A DNA stretch of 64,000 nt from Candidatus Woesebacteria bacterium (lineage in GTDB: Bacteria > Patescibacteriota > Microgenomatia > UBA8517). The DNA lies in the NCBI GenBank assembly GCA_963716475.1, contig OY970314.1, positions 74,479 through 138,478 of the forward strand. The letters run 5' to 3'. Shown one piece after another: positions 38,001 to 47,384 of this stretch. A program made the translations under genes and the position numbers. The number at the start of each line of letters is the position of its first letter. Position 1 is the first letter of the stretch. The notes beneath the pieces were generated by a model. It was not told the DNA's origin. It saw nothing but the letters and a program-made list of their open reading frames with translations, and made no database searches.

Positions 38001-41000
38001 TATGCTCGGGTAGCCTCAAGCGAACCGGCGTCATATGTCTGGACATTTTCAGGGACTTCAACATATAAAGCTACTTGTACCACCTATATAGCCAGTAGTG
38101 ATTTTAGTGTGACTAATGTTTCTACTGATCTTACCGTCAGCAATACTCCTTATAGAACATCTAATGGGACAAATCGTGCGGCGTCTTTTAGTGTTCCCAA
38201 TGCGAATTCGCCGTTATTGTTTTTCGGAGGCGTGTATTCTACAAGTTCCAAGACTCAGACTCCTCCTACAAACCCGGGAACATTCGCTGAAGATTATGAC
38301 ACGGGAAGCACCACTCCGGACTTTTGGTTGGAAATTGCTTCATATATTTGGGCCGGCTCCGGAACTAGCGGAGATATAGATTCCACGATTTCTGCTACTT
38401 TGACTACCAAACACGCTTTTGCTGTGGCATTGAAACCGCCGGCTGCTACAGTAAGCACAGGTGGCGGCCAAAAAGCTGGAATGGCCATTTCCAGCACTGA
38501 CAATTATGTCGGAGGGGAATTTATTATAGAGGAAGGTAGTGGGGGATCACGTAATGTAACAGGTATTACCATTGCCGAACAGGGGACAGTGAATGCCCAG
38601 ACGAACTTGGATAATATTAAACTTTATTATAATTCGGATACGAGTGCCCCCTATGATTGTGCCAGCAAAGCCTATACAGACGGAGACCTGAACCAATTCG
38701 GTTCCACTGACACAGATGGCTTCAGTGCGGCAAACGGTACCTCTGCTTTTACCGGTTCAGTGGGTATCAGCACCACTTCAACGATGTGTGTTTATGTGGT
38801 TTTGGATATCGGTTCGGGTGCCGGGAATGGAGATACATTAGAAATCCAGATTACCAATCCTTCAACTGATGTAACAGTCAGCAGCGGTTCGGTTAAACCA
38901 ATTACTGCCGTGCTTATCTCCGGAATTACTACAATTATGAATCCGGGCGTGATAGGCACTTTAGGAAAGTCCGCGGACGGTTGGGGTGGCGTCATTCCTG
39001 TTTATATGGAATTGGTCGGTGTAGATCAGGCAAGCTATCCCTATGCCAGGGCACAGGTTGTTACCCCAGCCTCAGAAACGTATTACACCACGATGACTTG
39101 GGATAGCGGGGATAACCGCTACGAGGGAGCGATTTATATCGGTTCCTGGTATTGTAATGCGTGTGCTGATAATCATACCGGAAGCTTTGCAGTGACGGTA
39201 CAGCTGGATAATAACTCCGGTTTTCCTTCAATAGATTACTCGGATAGCGTCGGCAATTTTGCTACAACGGTTACCCGCAGGCGAAGCTCCATCGGAGGAA
39301 CGACCAACTATGCAAAATATGCTGCGGTTTGGAGTACCGACCATTGGAATGTTCAGGCTTATGATTTTGATCTTTATACGGATTCGGGAACTATTACAAA
39401 TGCCGTTATCGGTATGGCTTTTCACCCCACGACGGCGGACATTTCCATTACCCAGGTCAGATTAAGTGATGGAGCGTGGATAACTACTCAATCTGCCGTC
39501 GACGGCACCGGTAACGGCTGGTGGTGGGACAGTTCGACCCATTCTCTGTATGTAAGAGTAGCTTCTCTGACGACCACTGCCCAAAATCTTGATTTTGAAT
39601 TTACTTCTTCGACTGACCTTTGGGCAACGCGTTTTGACAATGTCCAGACTACAGATATGGGGGAGCGTGACTTTTGGAACGGACTCTATATAAATAACCG
39701 TTATTACACAACCAGTATCTATGGATCTTCGCTTAACGTAGCCTTTAGCGGTACTGATCATGATAATGACGGAGTTCAGGCGGAATCAAGATCTCACAGG
39801 GATGGAACTTTAGAGAACGTAACAACCGACTGTATGGAAAGACTAGCGGTACACGTAGGACCTGACGGAGGAGGTACCCCAAGTGTGGCGAGACAGGATA
39901 ACAGCGTTGATTATAGCTACGATGTTAAATGGAAAGCGAACGATTTTGCAAATTGGATACAAAGTGAAAACGATGACCAAATGGTACTCTATGAAACCTC
40001 CGACGATCAGGGAAGTTGTACCGGTGGCAACATTCAGGCTTGGGCTCAATACTGCGATAATCAGATCGCAGCTCAAAGAACTCAAACTTTTTATGCAGGG
40101 AAACCCTACCTTAAAAACTATTATAAATTTATAAACAATGATACTAGTAGTCATTATTATGATATGGTTTGGGGAAGGGAGCAGTGGCTTAATGATTCTG
40201 CCGCTTCCACCAATGACCGGGGGATGACCTATGACAGCAATCCGAAGACAGTTGAGTGGTCCGGAGTTGACGATGAAAATCCGGATCAACCAACTTCTGC
40301 TCACCCATGGTTTGCCGCTTATGATATTACAGGTACCAACTTAATGGACGGAGTTTGTTATAAGTCCAACGATATTGCGACTAATAATTATTTTCTGTCA
40401 TACGCACCCCTTCAATCAGGATCCACCGCAGCCGAATGGCCGATTGATCATGGCCAGACAGGTACAGATGCTGCCGATACTTTCTTCAATAAATCTTTTG
40501 GTGTCGTTGGCGCAGGAAGTTCTGTAAACTTTACTTTTTGGCAGTTTAACTATTACGGAAGCTCTTTTGCCGATCTTAAATCAACAATTGATACAAATTG
40601 CACGGCGTTAAACGCACCCACATATAACCAATCCGCCTTCCGTTGGTTTAGTAATGATAATTCGGTATCAGTAGGTTCCCCAATAGTAAGTCAGGATACG
40701 GCGATGAGTAGTGAAACACCGCCTCAGGGGACACCTTTCCGTATGCGTGTCCTTCTACATGTGGATGGTAGCGATTTGGCCTCAAGCGGTCAGAATTTCA
40801 AGCTCCAGATTGCCTCGAAAGTAGGAGCGTCTTGTGATACTGATATGGATACAACCGACGAGTCGTACTCCGATCTGGTGACTACAACCGGAGCTATCCG
40901 TTATTATGACAACACTTCAGCCACGGATAATACAGCACTGACCGCGGATGTGACAAATGACCCCAGCCATAGTGGTCATACTAAAGTAACTCAAACCTAC

Positions 41001-41273
41001 AAAGATTTGGATACGAGCGATAGCAATATTAATTTCACTAATTCGGAAGGGGCGATACCTGTCGGTCAGGACGGAGAATGGGATTTTACCATCGTTGACA
41101 ATTCGGCCACGGAGGGAACGGATTATTGTCTTAGAATTGTTAAAGCTGACGATACAGTACTTGATACCTATTCCGTGGTGCCTGAATTTACTACGGTTCC
41201 GGAAAACCCGCTTCTCCTTTTTGGTCTGTATCCCCTATTTGCGGGATTTTTGAAAAAGCTGAGAAGGAAATAA
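35013..41273 (+). CDS. giant multi-domain surface protein 3: IS630-like HTH repeats + GT2 + Ser/Thr/Asn-rich ectodomain + VPE-type sorting tail
   Basis: 2086 aa. HTH (…SRVLFYRWYKKYKKGGLIGLKPGEAGRPQTF…, …VSRVTLYKWIDRYK…). GT2 motifs VHIPFYNEKYVVERAME, ILCDDSTDETT, FDADFVP and QRMRWAEGH, plus WFRTPKTGRITD. Tail TVPENPLLLFGLYPLFAGFLKKLRRK. Confidence 0.85.
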   Translation: MTPKLSKEGRLKLIERVEKGESVAKLCAEAGISRVLFYRWYKKYKKGGLIGLKPGEAGRPQTFHAPEKGRVYTILSPKARSLMVKEVVEQNQDATEVAGRYNVSRVTLYKWIDRYKADLAKGVEPDMTSRKPYVERYFRQVPEKHEQAVLQIVEQHPEWGIRKIVANLPQVAGIPIIGHHGVQNILNRHNLSTYEVRLAYARSRVTPITQGIGGVLEKVTEFFQIAPEKRKSFIKNFTRISFGLFSLVVVLGVVSYIARSFSQEAGASPLGLGFAFIALLMGTIFLFYSFKYYFSIAMVLSFSQNESGSIRKRGIGLTPDLSHIKLLKRPYVSVHIPFYNEKYVVERAMEAASGFDYPEYEVILCDDSTDETTKIISNYLHANGKSIQKKSGNGWELQWTEIKPGVTFKHLHRTSRGGYKGGALNLALKLTDPRTEYVSIFDADFVPYPDTLELFLKYFQVEGNRPEIAAVQGYQWHVLNKSENWITRGVRSEYAGSYVIERAGTEIYGGLKQISGSVYMIKKDVLQQIDWGTSITEDFELTLRLYAQGYKVLYTPYIQAPAECVSTIRRLVRQRMRWAEGHSANVRKMFLRLMRSPKLNATEKFEFVYLSPYYLQAFFFLVGTVCWFLSEAVFKARLPFWTELWGWSLVLTNMISLPLLNAVGMFLEESGERDYLGLASFAALSYILVPFQAYASVKGFLEDKEGPWFRTPKTGRITDIFKRGKFYRFISGILPGKASEPASATGKLLPGEAHDIEANYYLNLNSANNTFSNFKIKSKKAYWIGNAVIGITVALSGLLVYSGSLISKGTLMDLPISTRVISESRPKTFLSRLEMFKVKEVMANTLPLRKSLLAHGEKTLPQLLGIWPIFIFALFVALLIILFIKRRSLFKKVVSVGLIISLVASWLLSGWPAIWNYPRIPPKIREAKAAFDERTETNVQGASLSSPYQATLAVPTGTTNGDIMFTWIGSYSATVTTNAAWTLIGSNTTNSDKYYLYARVASSEPASYVWTFSGTSTYKATCTTYIASSDFSVTNVSTDLTVSNTPYRTSNGTNRAASFSVPNANSPLLFFGGVYSTSSKTQTPPTNPGTFAEDYDTGSTTPDFWLEIASYIWAGSGTSGDIDSTISATLTTKHAFAVALKPPAATVSTGGGQKAGMAISSTDNYVGGEFIIEEGSGGSRNVTGITIAEQGTVNAQTNLDNIKLYYNSDTSAPYDCASKAYTDGDLNQFGSTDTDGFSAANGTSAFTGSVGISTTSTMCVYVVLDIGSGAGNGDTLEIQITNPSTDVTVSSGSVKPITAVLISGITTIMNPGVIGTLGKSADGWGGVIPVYMELVGVDQASYPYARAQVVTPASETYYTTMTWDSGDNRYEGAIYIGSWYCNACADNHTGSFAVTVQLDNNSGFPSIDYSDSVGNFATTVTRRRSSIGGTTNYAKYAAVWSTDHWNVQAYDFDLYTDSGTITNAVIGMAFHPTTADISITQVRLSDGAWITTQSAVDGTGNGWWWDSSTHSLYVRVASLTTTAQNLDFEFTSSTDLWATRFDNVQTTDMGERDFWNGLYINNRYYTTSIYGSSLNVAFSGTDHDNDGVQAESRSHRDGTLENVTTDCMERLAVHVGPDGGGTPSVARQDNSVDYSYDVKWKANDFANWIQSENDDQMVLYETSDDQGSCTGGNIQAWAQYCDNQIAAQRTQTFYAGKPYLKNYYKFINNDTSSHYYDMVWGREQWLNDSAASTNDRGMTYDSNPKTVEWSGVDDENPDQPTSAHPWFAAYDITGTNLMDGVCYKSNDIATNNYFLSYAPLQSGSTAAEWPIDHGQTGTDAADTFFNKSFGVVGAGSSVNFTFWQFNYYGSSFADLKSTIDTNCTALNAPTYNQSAFRWFSNDNSVSVGSPIVSQDTAMSSETPPQGTPFRMRVLLHVDGSDLASSGQNFKLQIASKVGASCDTDMDTTDESYSDLVTTTGAIRYYDNTSATDNTALTADVTNDPSHSGHTKVTQTYKDLDTSDSNINFTNSEGAIPVGQDGEWDFTIVDNSATEGTDYCLRIVKADDTVLDTYSVVPEFTTVPENPLLLFGLYPLFAGFLKKLRRK

Positions 41274-41282
41274 TCGTGAACC

Positions 41283-41888
41283 ATGCCTAAAAACACATTC
41301 AAGACAATTTTGGTTGTATTTTCAATTATCATAATGCTTTTACCCATTTTTGCGGCTCTGAATGGCTTTTTGACGGGGGTTTTAGATAACGCCGGCTGGT
41401 ATAGACCTGTCCAGCAGTTTATTGTTCCCTGGCAGGCGAGGATAGTAGCCGGGGTAATCCGCCCTTTCGGAATTAACTCCAAAGTAACTCCGGGAAGTTC
41501 GCTGTCAACTTTCTATATGATTAAAAAGGAAACTGCCATCCCTGTCGATTTGTCCTGGAACTGTTTGGGGTGGCAATCTATCTTGTTGCTAATAGTATCC
41601 CTGATAACAGGGTTAAGAGGGCCATTTACTCATCTTTCAAGGATAAAGTGCGTCCTGTTCGGTTTGGTGGGTACTCTGCTTATCAATATCTTAAGAATGA
41701 GTGTTATTGCCCTGGGAATCTATTATATTAATGCCCTGGCTGCACAAATTATTCATGATTACTTGGCAGCCTTTTTTACAATAATTTGGCTATTTATCTT
41801 CTGGTGGTTTTCATATAGATACATCCTGGAAGAAAAGGAAAGCCATGATACGGGGAATGATAATATGGAAGTTACACCGAAGGGTTGA
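41283..41888 (+). CDS. mini exosortase/archaeosortase-like polytopic membrane protein (cassette 3)
   Basis: 201 aa. WNCLGWQ, NILRMSV and IIHDYL motifs. Confidence 0.7.
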   Translation: MPKNTFKTILVVFSIIIMLLPIFAALNGFLTGVLDNAGWYRPVQQFIVPWQARIVAGVIRPFGINSKVTPGSSLSTFYMIKKETAIPVDLSWNCLGWQSILLLIVSLITGLRGPFTHLSRIKCVLFGLVGTLLINILRMSVIALGIYYINALAAQIIHDYLAAFFTIIWLFIFWWFSYRYILEEKESHDTGNDNMEVTPKG

Positions 41889-41965
41889 AATAGAATCTTA
41901 TAAAAGACCAGGAATCAAGCGCAAACTCCTTAATCACAGCACACACAATAAGGGGGAAGATAAAA

Positions 41966-42988
41966 TCATCGGTTCTTACCGCTCTTGATTTGTTTATCAA
42001 TTTGTTGATATATGGATAATGAAATATCCTGAATAACTCCCTCCAAGGACTGATAATCGTGCCCCCTGGTCATTATGCAAGCCATGTAGGGGTAGGATGG
42101 GTAGTAGACGATGCCACAGTCATGCAGTTGGATAAATGCGCCGTTTGCATCCCCGTATTCACCGAATTTGTGTGCAACTTCTATATTGGCCGGCAGTTTT
42201 GAGGTTAAACCCAAGTTAAATTTGGTTTGAGTTAAAAGTGAAAGAACTTTATTCGAATCACCTTTATTTAAATAGGAAGCATTATATAAAACGCTGTAAA
42301 AAGCTGAATATGCGTGAACGGATAAAGAAGGTTGATTGCCCATGAGTTCGGGTGCTTCAGCAAGACCAAGATCTGTATAAACACGTAGGTATCTGTCTTC
42401 GGAATCGAAGTTCAAAACCAAAAGATTTTTGGCATTATTGTCCGATTCGATAATCATTTTTTCGATTAATTGTTCGACTGTGTAAGTTTGTCCAACTTCG
42501 ATGGGGTTATCCGGTTTATAATGTTCGCTGGTATTAAAGTCTTCGAGGATTTTTGCTGTACTGTCTTGGTAACTAATTTCTTTTTTCAGAATAGTTGGAT
42601 CCTCCTCGGACCATTTATAATAGGCAACCGCAATCGGCAGCTTCAGAAGGCTCGCGGGGAAAAAATTTTGATCTTCCTGGATTCCGAACCACCCACCACT
42701 ATTGAGACTTTTAAAATAAACGGCGATTTCATCCGCCTTACCATCCTGCAGTTTTTGACTTACGACTTGGTTAACATCAGTTTTAAAATTTTTCAAAGCA
42801 TTGACGTAAAGTCCACTGTCAATTTGGTAATCAATAAGAGGGTTTACCAATCCGTTCTGTGAAGCCCGTATCAGTTTAATGGAGTAATTTGACAGGCTTA
42901 GGTTGTTTTTTCCTAAAAAGTAACCTACGAAGCCAGCCGCTCCTATCAGTAGGATAATCAGGAGCAAAAATAATATTCGTTTTAGCAT
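41966..42988 (-). CDS. membrane-anchored serine hydrolase, class A beta-lactamase-like
   Basis: 340 aa. N-terminal TM. SxxK (ASLLK), SDN (ESDNNAKN) and a degenerate KTG-like (HKFGEYG) motif. Confidence 0.5.
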   Translation of the reverse strand: MLKRILFLLLIILLIGAAGFVGYFLGKNNLSLSNYSIKLIRASQNGLVNPLIDYQIDSGLYVNALKNFKTDVNQVVSQKLQDGKADEIAVYFKSLNSGGWFGIQEDQNFFPASLLKLPIAVAYYKWSEEDPTILKKEISYQDSTAKILEDFNTSEHYKPDNPIEVGQTYTVEQLIEKMIIESDNNAKNLLVLNFDSEDRYLRVYTDLGLAEAPELMGNQPSLSVHAYSAFYSVLYNASYLNKGDSNKVLSLLTQTKFNLGLTSKLPANIEVAHKFGEYGDANGAFIQLHDCGIVYYPSYPYMACIMTRGHDYQSLEGVIQDISLSIYQQIDKQIKSGKNR

Positions 42989-43117
42989 GACAGGTAGATT
43001 ATCAGAAATAGTATACTAGAAAAAGATTTAGGTACAATGGGACAAAAAAGAATCCATTGTGCGAAAACCCATTGACGTATATTGGGGTGTTTGGGTACAC
43101 TTGGGGCTGAATTAAAA

Positions 43118-43813
43118 ATGAAAATTGCCTTGATTATTCCCACATACAATGAAGCCGAAAATATTGTTAACCTGATACGGGGTGTAAAACTCCGAAATCT
43201 TAATTTAAAAATAATTGTAGTTGATGACGCCTCACCTGACGGTACCGGAAAGAAGGTTTCGAAATTTCCTGAGGTAATATTGATTTCCAGAAAGGGAAAA
43301 CTGGGTCTGGGGTCTGCCTATAAGGAAGGTTTTAAATATGCTTTAAGGCAGGGATATGATGTTATCGGAACAATGGATGCGGACTTTTCCCACGACCCGA
43401 AATTTCTTCCGGAAATGGTAACCGCAATAAAAAGGTGCGACATGGTAATAGGTTCCAGATATGTCAAAGGTGGGAATATAGTCGGTTTTAATTTTTGGAG
43501 AAAATTAATAAGCGGATCGGCGCAGTTCATGTCAAGGAAACTTTTGGGAATAAACGTTAAAGACGCCACAAGCGGTTTTAGATTATATAAAAAAGATGTT
43601 CTTATAACAACCGGTTATGCATCGATTAAGTCCCAGGGGTATTCTTTTTTGATCGAATCTCTATTTTTATCCCTAAAACACGGCTTTAATGTATGTGAAG
43701 TACCAATCGTTTTTGAAAACAGAAGACTGGGAACATCAAAAATATCGGGCTCGGAAATTATAAAGGCCCTATTTACAGTTGTCAGGCTTAAGTATAAATT
43801 TAATTTGGCTTAG
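43118..43813 (+). CDS. polyprenol-phosphate sugar synthase (Dpm1/GtrB-like GT2)
   Basis: IIPTYNEAENI, VVDDASPDGT and GTMDADFSHDP motifs. ATG at 43118; the ORF track begins at a TTG at 43082. Confidence 0.8.
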   Translation: MKIALIIPTYNEAENIVNLIRGVKLRNLNLKIIVVDDASPDGTGKKVSKFPEVILISRKGKLGLGSAYKEGFKYALRQGYDVIGTMDADFSHDPKFLPEMVTAIKRCDMVIGSRYVKGGNIVGFNFWRKLISGSAQFMSRKLLGINVKDATSGFRLYKKDVLITTGYASIKSQGYSFLIESLFLSLKHGFNVCEVPIVFENRRLGTSKISGSEIIKALFTVVRLKYKFNLA

Positions 43814-45154
43814 ATGAAAGAAAATATTCCCAAGGAGGAGGAGAAAATTTCAGCCATCAGGGCGGCCAGGGTGTCTGAAAAAATCCGTCAGGCAAAACTT
43901 GGCCTTTTGGCAAGGAGGGCCTGGTGGAGTGACGGTCCTCTCGAAGATGCTGTACTTCTTCTGGTTTTATTCTTAAATTTTTATCTGATCTTTCCTTTGA
44001 TTGGGAAGGAAGCTCCGATTGTCACTTTTTCGGGACCTGTTATCCCGGTTCTTACAAATTTACTTTCTTCACTAATTAATAGCCCGTTTTATTATTCTCT
44101 TCAGATAGTATATATAGTGTTTTTTCTGGCTTTTCCGGTTACTTTTTATTTCTTGATTAAAAAATTGACAAACCGGAAGCTAATTGCTTTTTTTGCATGT
44201 CTTTTTTCCACTATTCCCATATACATGTTGGGTAGAACCAGACTGATGTCGATGTTTTTCGGTCAGGACGGGCCGCACGTGGTTTCACTTACAGTGATAC
44301 CTGTTGCCTTATACTTCTTGATTATCTATTTGAAAGAAGGATCCATAAAAGACCTGATTTACGCCGGCTTGAGCGCTGCCCTTGTAGCTTTGATTTCCCC
44401 TTTCGGGTTTTTAAATTATCTTATATTTGCCGGAATATTTACTTTTTCCGAAATCTTGCTGGGCCAGGGGAGGACAAAAATACTGAAATTCCTTCTTATC
44501 CTTGTGACTGCAGGAGCTTTATCGGCCTTTTGGTATAATCCGTCATTTTTTATCTGGATGCTGACAGGCCCTATGGGAAGCGACATCAGATCTATGGTTT
44601 CCAAACTTTTACCCGTTTCCTTTTTTGCCATTCCGATTCTGGCAACATTCGGCTATCTTTTATTTGACCGTAAACCCAATTTGCAGCCTCTTTTTATTGT
44701 CAGTTTTTGCACAATAGCATTTTTTATTATTACCGTTGCCGGCGGGAACCTTGTTCCTTCAAGCCCGGCAAGATACCGGACGGAATTGGGGATTACCGTT
44801 TCTTTCTTGGCGGCATTTCTATTTGTTTCTTTAATTGAACTTTTTAAGTTTCGGGTTATTAAAGTAAACCTTACCGGAAAAGTTTGGGATTTTTTGTCGA
44901 ATTTGGTAGTTCCGGCCTTGGGGGTAGCATTCCTTGTTACCGGGATTTTAATTCGTGACGTAATGATCTACGACAGCACGGATGTACTCGGGATTTGGAC
45001 GGAGATTCCAAAAGGAAGTGTCTGGGTAGCCAGAGATAATTTTATGGGCTACCACGCGTATATAGGTTATTCAATAACTGCGATAGCGTTAGGAGCTTTG
45101 ATTTACTTAGCCGTTAAAGGCAACTCTGTAGCTAAAATAAAAACAATTGTCTAA
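43814..45154 (+). CDS. polytopic membrane protein (about 12 TM), possible GT-C glycosyltransferase
   Basis: 446 aa, hydrophobic throughout. Start abuts the upstream stop. Confidence 0.5.
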   Translation: MKENIPKEEEKISAIRAARVSEKIRQAKLGLLARRAWWSDGPLEDAVLLLVLFLNFYLIFPLIGKEAPIVTFSGPVIPVLTNLLSSLINSPFYYSLQIVYIVFFLAFPVTFYFLIKKLTNRKLIAFFACLFSTIPIYMLGRTRLMSMFFGQDGPHVVSLTVIPVALYFLIIYLKEGSIKDLIYAGLSAALVALISPFGFLNYLIFAGIFTFSEILLGQGRTKILKFLLILVTAGALSAFWYNPSFFIWMLTGPMGSDIRSMVSKLLPVSFFAIPILATFGYLLFDRKPNLQPLFIVSFCTIAFFIITVAGGNLVPSSPARYRTELGITVSFLAAFLFVSLIELFKFRVIKVNLTGKVWDFLSNLVVPALGVAFLVTGILIRDVMIYDSTDVLGIWTEIPKGSVWVARDNFMGYHAYIGYSITAIALGALIYLAVKGNSVAKIKTIV

Positions 45155-46153
45155 ATGAAAAAAGCATTAGTTACTGGAGGGGCAGGCTTCATAGGAACGA
45201 ATCTGGTTTTGAAACTCCTGGAAAACGGTTGGAAAGTTACAGTTTTGGACAACCTTTCCAGAAAAGGAACAAAATTTAATCTTGATTTAATAAGGAAAAG
45301 TGCAGGAAAAGGTTTCCTGGAATTATTAATTAGAGATATCAGAGAGAAAAATATTTTTGACAACCTTATTAATACAGATGCCATCTTTCACCTGGCCGGG
45401 CAAACTGCAGTGACCACTTCAGTAATAAACCCGTCGGAGGATCTGGACATTAATTTATTTGGAACATTCAATCTACTGGAGAGCATGAGAAAGAAAAAAA
45501 GCAGGTCAGTTCTTATTTATGCATCAACGAATAAAGTTTACGGGTCGCTCTCTTATCTAAGTCGCACGAAATTAATGGATGGTGTCTCTGAGGAAACTAA
45601 TCTGGATTTCCATTCTCCTTACGGTTGTTCAAAAGGATCAGCGGAAAGTTATATCCGTGACTACGCGAGAATTTATGATATCAATAGTGTCGTTTTCCGG
45701 CAGTCTTGTATTTACGGAACTCATCAAATGGGAGTTGAGGATCAGGGTTGGGTGGCCCATCTGGGAGCGAGGGCGATTTTGGGCAAAACTATAAATATTT
45801 ACGGCAGCGGGGGTCAAGTTCGCGATCTTCTTTATGTAGACGATTTAGTTGATTTATACCTTTTATCTGTTCGGAGTCAAGATAAGGTTAAGGGTAAAGT
45901 GTTTAATGTTGGGGGAGGACGACAAAATGCAATTTCAGTTTTAGAGTATATAGATTTTTTGTCGTATTATTTGAAGAAAGACATTAAAACGTCCAAAAAT
46001 GATACTCGGCCTGGGGACCAGGAAGTTTTTATCTCCGACAACTCTTTAGTCAAACGGGTACTTGATTGGCAACCTAAAGTCGGTTATAAGATAGGTCTTG
46101 TAAGGATGCTTTCATGGATAAAGGAAAATCAACAAATCTTCAAAAACCTTTGA
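45155..46153 (+). CDS. NAD-dependent sugar epimerase/dehydratase (extended SDR)
   Basis: 332 aa. VTGGAGFIGTNL Rossmann motif, YASTNKVYG, and catalytic YxxxK (YGCSKGSAESY). Confidence 0.8.
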   Translation: MKKALVTGGAGFIGTNLVLKLLENGWKVTVLDNLSRKGTKFNLDLIRKSAGKGFLELLIRDIREKNIFDNLINTDAIFHLAGQTAVTTSVINPSEDLDINLFGTFNLLESMRKKKSRSVLIYASTNKVYGSLSYLSRTKLMDGVSEETNLDFHSPYGCSKGSAESYIRDYARIYDINSVVFRQSCIYGTHQMGVEDQGWVAHLGARAILGKTINIYGSGGQVRDLLYVDDLVDLYLLSVRSQDKVKGKVFNVGGGRQNAISVLEYIDFLSYYLKKDIKTSKNDTRPGDQEVFISDNSLVKRVLDWQPKVGYKIGLVRMLSWIKENQQIFKNL

Positions 46154-47379
46154 AAGTAGTATTTATTCATTGCGGTTTTATTTATTCGGGAGGCGGTGAA
46201 AGAATCGTTCTTGAGGAAGCAAAAGGTCTTGCCCAAAGGGGTTATAAAGTTGAAGTTTATGCGCCAACCGTTGATTACAAAAAATGTTTTCCTGAGTTTC
46301 TGAAAGAGCTGAATGTCAAAATGCTCCTCCCCAGTTTTACAGAACGTCTTCCTTATCGAAATGCTATTCGTATGGTTGCTTCGAGTTTTTTGGCTCCGTT
46401 TCTTGCACTTTGGTTTAGGGATGCGGACATTTTAATTGGTGCAAATCAACCCGGAATTTGGATTGCTTTTTGTGCCGCCAAAATACTTGGCAAACCTTAT
46501 ATAGCATATTTGAATCAACCCAATAGGGTGATTTATCCGAGACCCGTTGATATTGAATATGGCTGGTACACAACCAATAAAGACTACCACATTCTTTATA
46601 GAATTTTGAAGATCGGAGGGACTTTCTTAAGATTTCTTGACCGGGAGTCAATTTCTCAAGCGGATAGTGTTTTAACAAATGGAGGTTATATCGGTTCAAT
46701 TATTCAAAATGTATATTCTGTTAAGACTATAGACGATCCTGCCGGTTCACATTTTCAACCAATCAAAAATATTAGCGGCAAAAAGGGTCAGACATACAAA
46801 GGTTCCTTAAGAATTTCGGGGACGATAATTAATAAACCATATCTTTTAATAACCAACAGGCATGATCCTCAAAAGAGATTCGATTATGTGATTAATGCGT
46901 TTGCTTATGTATTAAAAAAGAATCCAAAAGTAGAGCTTGTGATCCCCGGGCCGTTTACCGAACACACAGCGACACTTATTAGATTAGTCAAAAAGTTGGG
47001 TATAAGCGGAAAAGTTCATTTTACGAAGGGGATTACCGAAAATGATCTACAAAAACTTTATAAAAACGCGTGCGTTTATTGTTATCCGTCTCCACAGGAA
47101 GATTTTGGTCTTGGTCCTTTGGAGGCAGGAGGCTGGGGGGTTCCTACTGTTGCCTGGAATCATGCGGGCCCGACAGTCACAGTAGATAACGGTAAAACAG
47201 GGTATCTGGCTAAGCCTTTCGAAATTGAAGATTATGCGAAGCAGATACAAAAAATTTTGGAGAACAAAAATTTACGGTTAAAACTCGGGGTATTGGCTTG
47301 GCAAAGAACCAAAAATATTTTTTCCTGGGACAGGCACATAGATGTCCTTGAAAAGGAGATAAGGAAGAATATACCATAG
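46114..47379 (+). CDS. glycosyltransferase family 4 (GT-B)
   Basis: 421 aa. EDFGLGPLEAGGWGVPTVAW (EX7E motif). Start uncertain: ATG 46114 overlaps the epimerase by 40 nt, and an alternative TTG at 46150 gives a 4-nt overlap. Confidence 0.75.
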   Translation: MDKGKSTNLQKPLKVVFIHCGFIYSGGGERIVLEEAKGLAQRGYKVEVYAPTVDYKKCFPEFLKELNVKMLLPSFTERLPYRNAIRMVASSFLAPFLALWFRDADILIGANQPGIWIAFCAAKILGKPYIAYLNQPNRVIYPRPVDIEYGWYTTNKDYHILYRILKIGGTFLRFLDRESISQADSVLTNGGYIGSIIQNVYSVKTIDDPAGSHFQPIKNISGKKGQTYKGSLRISGTIINKPYLLITNRHDPQKRFDYVINAFAYVLKKNPKVELVIPGPFTEHTATLIRLVKKLGISGKVHFTKGITENDLQKLYKNACVYCYPSPQEDFGLGPLEAGGWGVPTVAWNHAGPTVTVDNGKTGYLAKPFEIEDYAKQIQKILENKNLRLKLGVLAWQRTKNIFSWDRHIDVLEKEIRKNIP

Positions 47380-47384
47380 ATGGT

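Noticed and set aside
15395-41273. Many 60-155-aa ORFs on the minus strand and in alternative frames inside the three giant genes (e.g. 26140-26607, 23395-23772, 39843-40304)
   Set aside because: They lie entirely within long, motif-rich coding frames on the + strand and have no motifs of their own. They are typical shadow ORFs of long genes.
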